A DNA stretch of 63,271 nt, filler included, from Octopus bimaculoides (GCF_001194135.2; 5 parts of 5 records of this genome joined end to end with filler, not necessarily neighbours in it); one strand, 5' to 3'. Shown: positions 26,988-37,406, counted from the whole stretch's first letter. Translations and numbers: made by a program. Notes: generated from the letters alone by a model not told the origin.

Positions 26988-27653
26988 ATTACAGACACAG
27001 AAAAACAACTTGATGTCCTGATCAACAATGCAGGTCTTGGCACAGACATGAGGAAGACAACAAAACAAGGATATGATATAATTTTTGGCGTCAACTTCAC
27101 AGGGCCATTCCTTCTGACTTACTTGCTTTTGGATTTGCTCAAGAAATCTGCTCCAAGCCGCATAATTAATGTGAGCTCTGTAGTGCATACTTCGATAAAA
27201 GAATCACAAATTTCTTTTCAACCAAATGATCCATCGTCCTCAACTGGTGTTAAATATCCCTACTTGAAAAAATATCATATTAGTAAACTAGCTCAGATCT
27301 GGCAAACAAATGTACTGGCTGAGAAACTATCTGCAGACAATGTAACGGCCAATAGCATGAATCCTGGTTATGTTCATTCTGGTATATGGTATGTTGACGC
27401 CAACCCAATGAAACGAATAGTTTTGCGATTTTTTGGTTGGTTATCCTCAAAAATTGGTCGTACGTCCAAGAATGCAGCGTTAACTGTTGTATACATGGCT
27501 GTTGATCCAGGTTTGGAGAAGGTCAGTGGCTGTTATTTCGAAAATGTTGAGATTTCAGAGAATATGTCTGCATGTGCTAAGAATAAAACTTTGGCCCAGA
27601 AAATGTGGGATGTTTCTATGGATATGTGCGGACTTTCAAAAAAATTTGAATAA
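26988..27653 (+). CDS. RDH-like SDR copy A, coding exon 2 (221 aa + stop)
   Basis: T-rich tract with TAG| acceptor at 26987; in-frame ITDTEKQLDVLINNAG, RIINVSS, catalytic YHISK, NPG, SGCYFEN; TAA at 27651-27653. The joined protein is 333 aa. Confidence 0.95.
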   Translation: MTDTEKQLDVLINNAGLGTDMRKTTKQGYDIIFGVNFTGPFLLTYLLLDLLKKSAPSRIINVSSVVHTSIKESQISFQPNDPSSSTGVKYPYLKKYHISKLAQIWQTNVLAEKLSADNVTANSMNPGYVHSGIWYVDANPMKRIVLRFFGWLSSKIGRTSKNAALTVVYMAVDPGLEKVSGCYFENVEISENMSACAKNKTLAQKMWDVSMDMCGLSKKFE

Positions 27654-28377
27654 AATTACTTAGAGATGTGAGTTGAGACCTATAACGAGCTTGTTTGTAA
27701 AAATAATGCCAATCAAAAGCTGTGTACACCTGATGCCTGCAGGTTTCAAGGGTCCATCAGCAATGAATGCCCACCGACGACCCCTCTAACCTACTGGTCT
27801 CAGGTATGTTGATAGCTGTGAAATTTCAAAAGAATTATTTAGAAATCTGATTTAAATAAATAAAAGAAAGGACAGAGAGCCAAATCCATATTTTATATCT
27901 GTTTTACTTCTGGATAATGTTCTGGATTTTTGTTTTTCTTATTTCTTTTACTGGTTTCAGTCATTGGACAGCAGCCACAATGGGCCTCTACTCTCAAGGG
28001 CTTCAGTAGATCGGATTTAAATTCCTGTACTGATCTCAAGCTGGTATTTGCATTATTGATCTCAATTTACTGAATGACTGAGTGACACTTTTAACAAAAA
28101 AAGACTAACAGACCAATTTTACACATAACTACCAATCCGGACATCTATACACATATACACACATTCACTCCCACACATGTTGAACTGTTAATCTCTACAC
28201 AATATTTTTTCCCCTCTCATTCCTTTCTGTTTAAGAGCGTAGGCTCAAAATGAGAAAGAGCTTTCCATTCTTCTTGAACATTAAACTAATACACCTGTTT
28301 GTTGCTCCTTCGTGTGTCTTCATCTTATGTTTTCTATAAATTTGAGTTCTATATACATACTTACATATATATATACA

Positions 28378-28532
28378 GAGTGGCTGTGTGGTAAGTAACT
28401 TGCTTATGAACCACATGGTTCCAGGTTCAGTCCCACTGCATGGCACCTTGGGCAAGTGTCTTCTACTATAGCCTCGGGCCGACCAAAGCCTTGTGAGTGG
28501 ATTTGGTAGATGGAAACTGAAAGAAGCCTGTC

Positions 28533-28576
<44 letters not shown>

Positions 28577-28660
28577 TTTTGTGTCTGTATTTGTCCCCAC
28601 AACATCGCTTGACAACCGATGCTGGTGTGTTTACGTCCCCGTAACTTAGCAGTTCGGCAT
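28378..28660 (+). mobile_element. tRNA-derived SINE, family A
   Basis: GTGGCTGTGTGGTAAG...GGTTCAGTCCCACTG...GCCGACCAAAGCCTTGTGAGTGGATTTGG. Confidence 0.85.
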
Positions 28661-29357
28661 CCGTCACAATACCATACCTCCCATCCCTTTTTCCTCCCAA
28701 AGAACATCCTAACGTCACATGGTATTCTGAGATAATTCTCAAACTGTGGCGCATCCACTGTTGGAACGCTCCTTTTGATTATAATAGGTAGGCCTGATTA
28801 CCCTGCTTACCTGCAGATGGGTAAGCACACTTCACGACAACTTGACGTGTTACTATGGAAACAAGCACCAATATGTCTGTGGCTTTCGATTGGCTAAAAT
28901 TACCCAACATTTGCAAATTCAAATGTTTGATTGATAACCCAGAAACAGTAACTTAGATCTAGTTATTCCATGCACAACAACCAGGTAGGTATTTAACCCA
29001 CTGAGATTATTCACTCTCTTTCGTGTTCTATCACTGTGGGCCTACTATCATCTGACTAGAATTACAAGCAGCCATGATCAACACATAACTGGATGTACAA
29101 CCTGACATCACCAAACTGGTTACCTCACGTGCTAACTACAGTCACTGAACTGCCAAATCCTACGGTCTGCCAACAACCTGATGCTGATATGCTGTCATGT
29201 CTATTAAAGTATACCAAAATGAAATGAAGTATTATTGCTGTTTAGCCAAAGTATTTACAGTAATCCTTTGCGATATTGCGGTTCACCAAACACGGTTTAT
29301 TATTTCAACTTACATCAATTCCTCTGTGATTCTGTTTTGCCTTTATAATAAAATTTG

Positions 29358-29721
29358 TTGTTGGCACTCCGTCGCTTACAACGTCAAGGGTTCCAGTTGA
29401 TTCGATCAATGGAACAGCCTGCTCGTGAAATTAACGTGCAAGTGGCTGAGCACTCCACAGACACATGTACCCTTAACGTAGTTCTCGGGGGATATTCAGC
29501 GTGACACAGAGTGTGACAAGGCTGACCCTTTGAATTACAGGCACAACAGAAACAGGAAGTAAGAGTGAGAGAAAGTTGTGAAAGAGTACAGCAGGGTTCG
29601 CCACCATCCCCTGCGGAGCCTCGTGGAGCTTTTAGGTGTTTTCGCTCAATAAACACTCACAACGCCCAGTCTGGGAATCGAAACTGCAAGTCCGCTGCCC
29701 TAACCACTGGGCCATTGCGCC
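29358..29721 (-). mobile_element. tRNA-derived SINE, family B
   Basis: Closely matches 21828-22206. Confidence 0.85.
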
Positions 29722-30816
29722 GTCACTATAATAAAATATATACAAATTATTAAAATAAAAACATATATAGAGTACAGTACGGTTTCTACTTCCCGGATTC
29801 TCACCTATTGTGGAGGGTTTTGGAATGTAACACCTGTGATATTCAAGGGATTATCGTATATGACCTGAACTGCTGGATGGAGGTTCAAATATTTTAATTC
29901 TCTTCATTTTGCCTTCATACAACTAAAGATGGAAGCAAGACTAGCACATATGAAACTTTGAGTAACGTGGAGCTGAGTCAATCTTTGATTAATATGTCTG
30001 TGTCTGTGCATATCTGTGTACAAAAGTGTGTGTGTGTGTGTGTGTGCTGAGGTCTAATTGTGGAGGGAACCTATGGAAGGGGTAGACCCAAGAAAATGTG
30101 AGACAAAGTGGTGAAATGCTTAGCGGTATTTTGTGTCTTTATGTCCTGAGTTCAAATACCGCCAAGGTCGACTTTACCTTTCATCCTTAGTACCAGTTGT
30201 GTACTGGGGTCGATCTAATCAACTGGCCCCCTCCCCCAAAATTTTGGGCCCAGTGCCTAGAGTACAAAAGAATGTATGCATTTATAGTTGTATAGATGTT
30301 CAGATTAGTAGTTACGTGTAAATAAAAGGTTTCAAACAAGTCTTAGCAAATTAATCTGGTCTTTTAAGGAAGGTAACAAAGAAATTAATTTGTACTGCAA
30401 AACCATACAGACCTGGAACCAATAGATGTGACCTTTGTTTAGAAGAATTTTGCTGGATTTTCACACCCAAGGGTAATCTAATAAATTCTAAACAGGAACA
30501 AACATTGAGATGCTTGGACATGAAGAAATAACAAAAACAAAAATCCAGAAGAAAAAAAGATATAAAATATGGATTTGGATCTCTGTCCTTTATTTTATTT
30601 ATTTAAATCAGATCTCTAAATAATCTTATTCAAATTTTTTTGGAATTTCACAGCTATTAGCATATCATAGACCAGTGGGTTAGAGGGGGTCGTCGGTGGG
30701 CATTCATTGCTGATGGACCCTTGAAACCTGCAGGCATCAGGTGTACACAGCTTTTGATTGGCATTATTTTTACAAACAAGCTCGTTATAGGTCTCAACTC
30801 ACATCTCTAAGTAATT

Positions 30817-31466
30817 TTATTCAAATTTTTTTGAAAGTCCGCACATATCCATAGAAACATCCCACATTTTCTGGGCCAAAGTTTTATTCTTGGCACATGC
30901 AGACATATTCTTTGAAATCTCAACATTTTCGAAATAACAGCCACTGACCTTCTCCAAACTTGGATCAACAGCCATGTATACAACAGTTAACGCTGCATTC
31001 TTGGACGTACGACCAATTTTTGAGGATNNNNNNNNNNNNNNNNNNNNNNNNNNNNNNNNNNNNNNNNNNNNNNNNNNNNNNNNNNNNNNNNNNNNNNNNN
31101 NNNNNNNNNNNNNNNNNNNNNNNNNNNNNNNNNNNNNNNNNNNNNNNNNNNNNNNNNNNNNNNNNNNNNNNNNNNNNNNNNNNNNNNNNNNNNNNNNNNN
31201 NNNNNNNNNNNNNNNNNNNNNNNNNNNNNNNNNNNNNNNNNNNNNNNNNNNNNNNNNNNNNNNNNNNNNNNNNNNNNNNNNNNNNNNNNNNNNNNNNNNN
31301 NNNNNNNNNNNNNNNNNNNNNNNNNNNNNNNNNNNNNNNNNNNNNNNNNNNNNNNGAAGTTGACGCCAAAAATTATATCATATCCTTGTTTTGTTGTCTT
31401 CCTCATGTCTGTGCCAAGACCTGCATTGTTGATCAGGACATCAAGTTGTTTTTCTGTGTCTGTAAT
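30817..31466 (-). CDS. RDH-like SDR copy B, coding exon 2 (middle hidden by N-gap 31028-31355)
   Basis: Acceptor TAG|ATTACAGAC; ITDTEKQLDVLINNAGLGTDMRKTTKQGYDIIFGVNF...KIGRTSKNAALTVVYMAVDPSLEKVSGCYFEN...GLSKKFE*. The catalytic YxxxK falls in the gap, so intactness cannot be confirmed. Confidence 0.85.
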
Positions 31467-31614
31467 CTATAATGGAAACAAAAAAATTAAACAATACATT
31501 ATAAGGAAATACAAATAGCATTACAACTTTTATTATTATCATTATTAAGGTATCGTATCTAAATATAGTGGTCATTAGGTCAGTGGATAGGGGTAGAATA
31601 GGTTTTCTTTTATT

Positions 31615-32070
31615 CTCTTACTTCAGTCACTTGACTGTGGCCATGCTAGAGCACCACCTTTAATCAAACAAATCAACCGCAGGACTTAGTCTTTATAAGC
31701 ATAGTACTTATTCTGTCGTTCTCCTTTGCCGAACCACTAAGTTACAGGGATGTAAACACACCAACATCGGTTGTCAAGCGAAGGTGAGGAGACAAACACA
31801 GACACACATAGTAGCCATCTGGTTCACCAGTCCTCAGTCAAATCGTCCAATCCATGCTAGCATGGAAAGCAGACGTTAAACGATGATGATGATGATATAT
31901 ATATATATATATACAAACAACGGGCTTCTTTGAGTTTTCGTCTACCAAATCCAGTCACAAGGCTTTGGTCGGCCCAAGACTATAGTAGAAGACACTTGCC
32001 CAAGGTGCCACGCAGTAGGACTGAACCCGGAACCATGTGGTTGGGAAGTAAGCTTCTTACCACAGAGCCA
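31615..32070 (-). mobile_element. Family-A SINE in the SDR-B intron with an embedded RTE-type tail
   Basis: Reverse complement of family A, interrupted at about 31810-31895. Confidence 0.8.
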
Positions 32071-32640
32071 CCCCTGGTTGGCCACACTGACCACAAATTT
32101 GTGATTGGCGCAGTTGATTTAGATAGGAAATGTGGAGAAGGACCCAGCTACGGGAGTTTAATCACGTCCTTACAAGCACGCCAAGACTAAAAGGACCGGA
32201 TTAGTGTATTAGTAAAGTGGCAGTCGATGGGGGCAATCACCAACAACCTTATAATGATAAGTGGAAAGAACATGTGTAATAAAAGGTACAGAATATATTT
32301 TTTTTAAAAAAACACGAAAAATCCCCGTCAAAACGGAGAAATTTCAACTTATGTGGGTGACTTATCCCTGACGTCGTCGGACTGCTTTCTCCCGTGTACT
32401 TGAAAAACGCCCATTGCGCACCGCCCGCCATCCTTCGCCGAGAAAAGCCCCACACCATCACTTGCTAAATCAATTTGAAACTAGGCTACACTCAATATTC
32501 TTCTAGCCATTGTTCATCGTTTCTTTTAAAACAAATCCAGTGGTTTGCCTTCCCCGTTAATACCTGTCTAGCGACAACATACTCCTTGTGCGTTATCCAG
32601 AGTTACCTCCATTGATTCTTCTCATGATCATTTTCAAGTA

Positions 32641-33363
32641 ACGTACATGCTCGACTATAAAACGCATACGCCCACAAGATGCACCCCCGACTTACAAGGT
32701 TCAAATCGGGAATTTTATCATTGGCTCGCAGAAACGTTTTTGATATTGGAGACAAGGTTCGATTAGGAATCGCACCAACATAGTTGTTGCTTGGTAATCG
32801 AGCTTTCAGTAAGCTGAAGGTGACTTACAACAACCATGTATTTTAGAAACCGTTGTTTATAATGTAAAATTTTATCCTCTTTCAAACGCCAATCCCTGAC
32901 CGTTTTTCTGAGACACCAAATTCTCTTTCTGCAGCTCGATTCGAATGCGACTTCGCGTATTCATTCAACTTTCAGCTTGAAAATGATATCATACAAATTC
33001 TCCTTTCTCTTCATGTTAACAAATAACATGGCGTCGAATTAAAGAAAGACAGGTACAATGCAAAAACAAATGAGCATTAAACTCACTGTTCAAAAATTAA
33101 TTGTTTATTTCATACTAACAGAAGTAAAGAAATATATAAAGAAATATCTGAAGATCATCTTCCGTGTACTTCTTGGCTTCGGAATTAGCGATTTGGAGTT
33201 TTCTCGGTTATTCCAAGTGTCGAAAGTTCAGATGTGGTTTGTACCTAGAAAATATTTGTAGATTTTTTTTCTTTTTCTAGGATGCACTTATAATTCGCAA
33301 CCCCAAAATTTAGGTGCAAATATCAGGGGTTAAAAAATGCGTCTTATAGCCGAGTATAGAGGG
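32641..33363 (-). mobile_element. Internally deleted pogo/Tigger-type DNA transposon in the intron of SDR copy B
   Basis: Degenerate TIRs CGTACATGCTCGACTATAAAACGCA / TGCGTCTTATAGCCGAGTATAGAGG with TA at the left end; the minus strand encodes a decayed transposase N-terminus MKRKENLYDIIFKLKV...SNRAAEREFGVSEK..RDWR. Confidence 0.75.
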
Positions 33364-33431
33364 CAGCTGAGTAAACAATGTAGAAAACATACATGGAGAG
33401 GAAAAAACTAGTACTATACAACAAAACTTAC

Positions 33432-33818
33432 CTCTTTAGCACATTTTCGAACACTGTCCAGATCAGATAGATCCAAANNNNNNNNNNNNNNNNNNNNNNN
33501 NNNNNNNNNNNNNNNNNNNNNNNNNNNNNNNNNNNNNNNNNNNNNNNNNNNNNNNNNNNNNNNNNNNNNNNNNATTTCATCGACTGCTGTCTTCGTCTTC
33601 GTTAAGTTACGACATGCTAAGATGACTCTGGCTCCTCGCGAGAGGAGATGTTCAGCCGTTGCCTTTCCGATCCCCGAAGAAGCACCTGTAATTAGTACGG
33701 TTTTACCGTCCATCCGAGCTTGGCTGTCATATTTTAAAGTTTTACAATGGTATCTAAGCAATGATGAGATATAAACTCCCAATGCCACGCCTGCTAGTGA
33801 TAATATGCATATAATCAT
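33432..33818 (-). CDS. RDH-like SDR copy B, coding exon 1 (interrupted by N-gap 33478-33573)
   Basis: [14 protein letters not shown]...TGASSGIGK...ILACRN...LDLSDLDSVRKCAKE with donor GAG|GTAAGT; intact TGxxxGxG. The gap is 96 N, but only 45 nt are missing relative to the 336-nt paralogous exon. Confidence 0.88.
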
Positions 33819-33956
33819 GGTCGTTTATTTATTTCGTTCTGTTTTCTTTTTATCCCATGCAAAGGTGTATCAAACTTTATGTTGTTTCTTTTGTTTTGCA
33901 TAGGAATGGCACACTGAAAATAAAAAAGTATGTGACACCCGCTTTATCGGCAATGG

Positions 33957-33983
33957 AGGCTTCCTATTGGCTAAAATTACATC
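33957..33983 (-). promoter_or_regulatory. Conserved CCAAT-box element of SDR copy B
   Basis: Identical 27-mer on the minus strand, about 150 nt upstream of the ATG. Confidence 0.6.
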
Positions 33984-34129
33984 GGTATACAGGACTTTGA
34001 ACTTTGATACAGTACCGAAATAAATATCCGGGACCGTGGTTCGGGTCTATTTCAGTCATCATACTGAGGCAATGCTGGGGTATCGCCCTGAAGAAATATG
34101 ATTCGAATAAATTCACCCCAGTACTTGTT

Positions 34130-34395
34130 ATTTTTTAATTTTTCAAAGCTCGGTACCTATTTTATCGGCGTTTGATGCCAAACTGCTAAGTTACGGTGAC
34201 GCAAACACAGCAGCGCCGGTTATTAAGTGGTGACGGAAAACAAACACAGACACACACATAGATAGCTAGCCACGGCGGGTTTCTTTCAGTTTCCGCCTAC
34301 CAAATCCACTCACAAGGCTTAAGTCGGCCTAAAACCACAGTATAAGACACCTGCCCAAGGTGCCACGCAGTGGGACTGAACTCAGAACCAAGCTT
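34130..34395 (-). mobile_element. Family-A SINE upstream of SDR copy B
   Basis: Reverse complement of family A. Confidence 0.75.
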
Positions 34396-34443
34396 CGTTA
34401 TATGGTGCTTACATTTTATTGAGGTCTTCAGTGGGATATTCCT

Positions 34444-34850
34444 CTAGTACTCCTTTTTATCATGAGTAGCTATGGCTTCTACCATACGGTGGATTCTTAT
34501 TTCTTTGTTTCGGGGATTATCATTTCGCTGGATTTCATTATACAGCGTCCTAGCTACATCATCACGTGTCATTGGCAGATAATACCGTGATGGCATTATC
34601 AGACAACTGCTTATGATGTGGGTGATATCTTTGGTGTTAACTCCGCAAAGTCTGCATCGGTTGTCGCGTTTCACTGCTTTTCCTTCATCTTAATCCCTTT
34701 TGTGTATGAGGTACTTGGTTGATATTTCCTGTTATTGGATTGCAAACGCATACCCTTCAAACTGGTTGGTAGTAATCCAGCTATTGGCCCATGATAAACT
34801 GCTTTGATGATTGATGTTATTATCATCACGGAACTTTCTACTAACATATC
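34444..34850 (-). mobile_element. R4/Dong-type (RLE) non-LTR retrotransposon fragment, post-RT zinc-knuckle region
   Basis: FEGYAFAIQ*QEISTKYL...DNRCRLCG...ITHIISSC...YY..RDDVARTLY, containing stops. Confidence 0.75.
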
Positions 34851-34867
34851 CAAGCATAGTCTTCTGC

Positions 34868-35002
34868 TGGCGATCTTACGGTACGAGTCCTAAATATCGG
34901 CCTTTTCCGTAAAAAGTGTCTTCGGCGATCTTTACCAAAGATCGCCGAAGACACGTTTTACGGAAAAGGCCGATATTTAGGACTCGTACCGTAAGATCGC
35001 CA
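34868..35002. repeat. 135-bp near-perfect hairpin (66-bp arms, 3-nt loop, 1 mismatch)
   Basis: 34868-34933 pairs with 34937-35002; the loop is ACC. Confidence 0.95.
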
Positions 35003-35074
35003 AGATAATAATAATAATTATATANNNNNNNNNNNNNNNNNNNNNNNNNNNNNNNNNTATATATAGATATATAT

Positions 35075-35281
35075 ATTACGGAGATGTACTTGCATAGCAA
35101 GTGACCTGATCTGAGATCGTGTGCTGGAACGAAAACAATTGCAGCGTGGAAGGTGTTTATAAGCCATTTAAAATAACACAAAAACCGCTAGATTCACTTC
35201 AACATTTAAATTTAATTTGTCAAAATATTTTCGTCGCTTTCAGACCGCGACCGGTTCACTGACAAAATTCTGTGTTGCATC
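35075..35281 (-). mobile_element. Second copy of the hammerhead-bearing repeat
   Basis: Reverse complement of 24305-24517 with few differences; the hammerhead fold at 35216-35266 has an A9>C change. Confidence 0.6.
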
Positions 35282-35321
35282 ATAGTTGTAGAGAAAAGAA
35301 CCAAAGTTCATGAACTAATCC

Positions 35322-35484
35322 ATGAAAATCCACAGTCACATATAGAAAAATTAATAAGTAAAACACAACCCTTGCATATATATATACATTATTATTATCT
35401 TTATCTTATGATATTTACTTTGTATTATATTATACTTATTTATCATGCTTTTACTTATTAATTTTACTATATGTGACTGTGGAT

Positions 35485-35490
<6 letters not shown>
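35322..35490. repeat. Inverted repeat with 42-bp arms (1 mismatch) and an 85-bp AT-rich spacer
   Basis: ATGAAAATCCACAGTCACATATAG... at 35322-35363 pairs with 35449-35490. Confidence 0.85.
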
Positions 35491-35520
<30 letters not shown>

Positions 35521-35703
35521 CAAATTAAAAGGGTAAAAGGATTATCAATTTATTAATTAATAAATCAATTAACAATTAATAATTTTTACCAAGCCCATCG
35601 GTATGAAAGCACCATTATTGGTGGAGAACTTATTTAAAAGCTCATATATATTTATTTATATATATATAAATATATATATTTATTTATATATATATAAATA
35701 TAA

Positions 35704-35735
<32 letters not shown>

Positions 35736-35840
35736 TTGTGTGTAAGCCATTCAAACACAACCCTGATTTTCACACATACACACAGACATTTTTACTTCAT
35801 TAACCGAAAAGTTAAGAACGAAAATAGAAAAACCATCGTG

Positions 35841-36117
35841 ATGATATATATATTATTACTAGCATGAGTGGTATTCGTTGTTTATTTCTCATCATGGCTT
35901 AGATACCATTGTAAAACTTGAAAATATAACAGCCAAGTTAGGATGGACGGTAAAACTGTACTAACTACAGGTGCTTCTTTAGGGATCGGAAAGGCAACGG
36001 CTGAACATCTATCGTGAGGAGCCAGGTGTCACATTAGCATGACATAACTTAACTAAAGCGAACATAGCAGCCGATGAAATACTTTCTTTAATTGGTGTTG
36101 ATTGAAAAAGGTCAAAT
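35841..36117 (+). pseudogene. Decayed SDR exon-1 copy upstream of copy C
   Basis: Aligns with exon 1 (AGATACCATTGTAAAAC...GGATGGACGGTAAAAC...GGGATCGGAAAGGCAACGGCTGAACATCT) but has indels and a TGA where the functional copies have CGA. Confidence 0.85.
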
Positions 36118-36270
36118 TAAAACATAACAAGTACTGGGATCGATTCATTCGAATCACATTTCTTCAGGACGATACCCCAGTATTGTCGCAGTCTAATGAC
36201 TGAAATAGACCCGAACCACGGACCCGGACTCGCCGGATGTTTATTTCGGTAGTTTAAAGGCAAGCAAACT

Positions 36271-36297
36271 GATGTAATTTTAGCCAATAGAAAGCCT
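36271..36297 (+). promoter_or_regulatory. Conserved CCAAT-box element of SDR copy C
   Basis: Same 27-mer with one mismatch, about 140 nt upstream of the ATG. Confidence 0.6.
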
Positions 36298-36423
36298 CCA
36301 TTGTCGACAAACCGGGCACTCCTATACTTGTTATCTTCAGTATCCTTTCTTAACATGGTTCTGCATTGACCTAACAGTTCAATTGCATGAGATAAAAAAA
36401 CAAAACGAAATAAATAAACGATC

Positions 36424-36632
36424 ATGGTTATATATATATTATCACTAGCAGGTGTGGCATTGGGAGTTTATATCACATCATGGCTTAGATACCATTGCAA
36501 AACATTAAAATATGACAGCCAAGCTCGGATGGACGGTAAAACCGTACTAATTACAGGTGCTTCTTCGGGGATCGGAAAGGAGACGGCTGAACATCTCCTC
36601 TCGCGAGGAGCCAGAGTCATCTTAGCATGTCG
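36424..36632 (+). CDS. RDH-like SDR copy C, 5' part of coding exon 1 (truncated at 10-N gap)
   Basis: [26 protein letters not shown]...[27 protein letters not shown], then a gap. The rest of the exon and its donor are not visible. Confidence 0.8.
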
Positions 36633-36642
36633 NNNNNNNNNN

Positions 36643-36890
36643 ATAAGGGGCTCAAATTTCACCCTCTCCCCCAATTTTAAATTTTGAACTTTTTCATCTA
36701 TTTATTTATTTGTCTGTCTATCTATTTATCCCTGTCCGTTTATTCATAAAATATGTTTGTCAACTAAATGTGGCGGCCCCTATTAGTAGACGGTATAACT
36801 GTTGTTTTTAGCCCCAGGAAGACATTCATATCTTTCTATCTCTTTATACTTATATCTATATGCTTATTGAACTTAGAAGTTTGAAAACGT
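36643..36890 (+). repeat. Left arm of a ~248-bp inverted repeat pair bracketing SDR-C exon 2
   Basis: Begins ATAAGGGGCTCAAATTTCACCCTCTCCCCC; reverse complement of 40029-40275, roughly 90% identical by eye. Confidence 0.85.
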
Positions 36891-37331
36891 AGCTTCTTGC
36901 ATATCCGGAATCTGTATCATCTAAAATTTAGATGACAGAGATTCTAAATCAGAGTGGGGAGGGAGGGGAATTTCGGAAAAGTTCAAAACTTTTAGTTGAG
37001 GTGTCATTCATTCTTCTGCATTGAAACAAATGGTTGTTTGTCAAGTGTTAACGCAAACATGTGTGTAAAAATAGTTGATGATTTGTGGGTTAATTAATGT
37101 TATGGTTGAATGAATTTAAATAGACGTTATTTCTAAAGGAACGGTATAGTATGGAAATGGATTTTGGTGGTTGAGGTGGGGTATTTATTTATTTATTTAT
37201 TTTGCGTATTTGTAATCTCCAACATTTAAAACGTAAGAATCTGTAAAAAAAACTTTTTTTTTAAAAATGCATATTTCAAGGAGAGGTACGAAACTGCATT
37301 AGCGCCCCACAGAAAAGAAGATGCTGATGAA

Positions 37332-37365
<34 letters not shown>

Positions 37366-37406
37366 GGAGAGTATTGTAGTTCGCTTGAAGCATTGTGTAT
37401 TGTTTG

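Noticed and set aside
34937-34975. CCGAAGA...GAAA hammerhead-like spacing in the 135-bp hairpin
   Set aside because: U4 and U16.1 are missing and stem II is only 3 bp; probably chance.
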